Shown: in pieces, positions 62,701 to 64,000 of the stretch
Numbering within the stretch: the first letter of the stretch is position 1
Layout: each line of letters opens with the position of its first letter
Source of the DNA: Stylophora pistillata
Taxonomy: Eukaryota
DNA length: 64,000 nt
NCBI RefSeq assembly: GCF_002571385.2
Contig: NW_019218033.1
Span: 215,576-279,575 of the forward strand
Direction: 5' to 3'
Program-made: the position numbers and the translations under genes
Notes under the pieces: model-generated
The model's input: the letters and a program-made list of their open reading frames with translations, nothing else
Database searches by the model: none
What the model was told of the DNA's origin: nothing

Positions 62701-63662
62701 TTTCCCCTTTCCTTGCCTGAAGTTTCTCCTCACTTGCTGGAAATTTAGTAGGCTTCATTTTGGTGTAGAGATTTTTTAGGAAACTACTCATTATTTTCAA
62801 ACCACATGCTCAGAAAGGTAGGTGGGTAATGGAACAAGATTTTCGTGCAGATGTTCAGGTCAAAGTTACATGGTTTTTTGGCTATTTCTCCAATCTCCTG
62901 CACTCAATTGCACTCATTCTGGTATCATTTGTAAAGATATTTTCAACCTGTTCAAGTATATGCTTAAAGTCGTACTCCAGGATTAAAAGTGATGACTTCA
63001 CAAGGCGTAGAAAGGGTGTGGGTCCATATGGGCGCTTACAGGCGCACTGGACGTCAATAGGTTAATTATTGAAAAATACCCATTAAAATGCAAGTGTTTG
63101 ATCTGAGATCAAAACCATGTTTTAACTCAGATCAAAACCTTACCATTTTCATCTGAGTGTTCATTGGGTATCAAGGTTCATGCATGTGACCCAAATATAC
63201 CTTATTTATTGGTCATTGCCCTCATGAACTATTAATGAATTTGAGAAATGAACATCAAAACCTTGTTTCTTACATTCTGCTGCTTTGCTAAAACAAAATA
63301 TGTCCTGCCATGTCCCCAATAAGCACCCTGTTTCAAATAAGTGCCCTCCCTTGAGGTACTAAAAGTAAATAAGTGCTCCAGGCACTCAATTGAACCCTTA
63401 TGGTACTTGAGAACATCTTTTTAAATTCCTCTCACTCAAATCTGCAATGGCTGAGATAATTTTCACATGTAAAGTAAAAGAAATACAGTATCTTTAACTT
63501 TATAGCAAAAAAAAATGCAATAAACATGTTACCAAATCTGAAATCTGATGGACTAACCTCCCACATTGGTTTAATGCCATCCTTAAAAAGGTGAATATCA
63601 CTATGACCGGATAAATCCCCAGGCCTAACTAAGTAGCTATAAAATCTCCAAAACTGTTCAAC
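54856..63662 (-). CDS. EIF4E2: eIF4E type 2 (4EHP), 3' six exons; the 5' part lies beyond the right edge
   Basis: Exons: 63662-63558 (VEQFWRFYSYLVRPGDLSGHSDIHLFKDGIKPMWE), 60094-60017 (DEANKCGGKWIVRLRKGLASRCWENL), 56592-56518 (ILAMLGEQFMVG..CGAVISVRFQ), 55987-55926 (EDIISIWN), 55659-55585 (DTLKRVLNLP..IMEYKAH), 54898-54856 (DNSSFRNTDVFMR*). Confidence 0.95.
56718..56793. repeat. (TAA)n microsatellite, 5' flank of the R4/Dong-like element
   Basis: Seen directly. Confidence 0.95.
56794..59053 (+). mobile_element. 5'-truncated R4/Dong-like non-LTR retrotransposon (RT, CCHC knuckle, restriction-like endonuclease), decayed
   Basis: RGLPQG, YIDDLK, YKFLG and GGRGL motifs; CRMC-x8-H knuckle, RHN, and RID...VVVLEMSCPW...KY REL motif. 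Several frameshifts; flanked by (TAA)n on both sides. Confidence 0.85.
60499..60917. mobile_element. MITE-like element
   Basis: Subterminal inverted repeat TGTTTACATTTTTTGCTCATTTGCATA / TATGCTAATGAGGCAAATATTGTAAACA. Confidence 0.55.
60940..61537 (-). mobile_element. tRNA-derived SINE (same family as 45080-45407), interrupted by an assembly gap, (TAAA)n tail
   Basis: 61295-61535 is homologous to 45140-45405. (TTTA)n at 60941-60960. Confidence 0.75.
62060..62420 (+). mobile_element. Crypton-like tyrosine recombinase relic
   Basis: LPKMCKTAGVK..IHCLCVTIA..LFNAG..EEKLIRDRTGHNSDSLFRY matches the HSLR-x-T...LF.AG...I...TGH.S...Y C-terminal YR box. The H-x-x-R arginine is lost. Confidence 0.7.
62541..63066. 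mobile_element. piggyBac-like MITE
   Basis: Termini ACCCATTGAC / GTCAATAGGTTAA, with TTAA at the right end. Confidence 0.5.
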
Positions 63663-64000
63663 CTGAGAAAATAATTAAAGAAATTAAACATCTTGATGGT
63701 ACATCTCTGGGATAAATAATATGACAAAAAATGTGTTTCAAGCAATACTGTAAATTAGCAACTATATATTAATGGGTTTTTGTCTCTGTTTGATCTCATA
63801 TCTCCAATAATGGACAACCACCAGCTTATAGTTGATACTGATAGAGGACCCATTGTCACGGGAATTTATTTTATAAAAATAATATTAATGGTAATTCAAT
63901 AGTTTTCACAATTCAAGAAGAGGAGACAAGAAGATCTCCTTTTCCAAGCCATATTGATAACAATAATACTACATTCCCAAACAATTAAAACAAATATCAA

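Overview
This is AT-rich, intron-rich animal genomic DNA, not prokaryotic. The SINE, Penelope and MITE repertoire suggests an anthozoan or stony coral (inference). Six spliced genes can be reconstructed by hand: the 5' part of an ABCC4/MRP4-like transporter (-, runs off the left edge), FIS1 (+), an aristaless/ARX-type paired-like homeobox gene (-), importin alpha KPNA3/4 (-, 24 coding exons), ZNHIT6/BCD1 (+) and the 3' part of EIF4E2/4EHP (-, enters from the right edge). ABCC4/FIS1 and KPNA/ZNHIT6 are head-to-head pairs with ATGs under 400 bp apart. Introns and intergenic DNA hold decayed mobile elements: CR1/L2 LINE fragments, an R4/Dong-type element in a (TAA)n tract, several Penelope-like elements with hammerhead-type motifs, tRNA-derived SINEs, MITEs, a Crypton-like recombinase relic and a Polinton/Maverick-like relic. 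There are also several minisatellites. Most short ORFs in the supplied track are spurious. I see no clearly new biological system. The best leads are a CpG-rich domain around the ARX-like gene that extends into the 3' half of KPNA, the Polinton relic, nested repeat-targeted insertions, and shared ATGGCGGA motifs at the bidirectional promoters. Assembly gaps lie at 8951-8961, 17378-17531 and 61030-61261.
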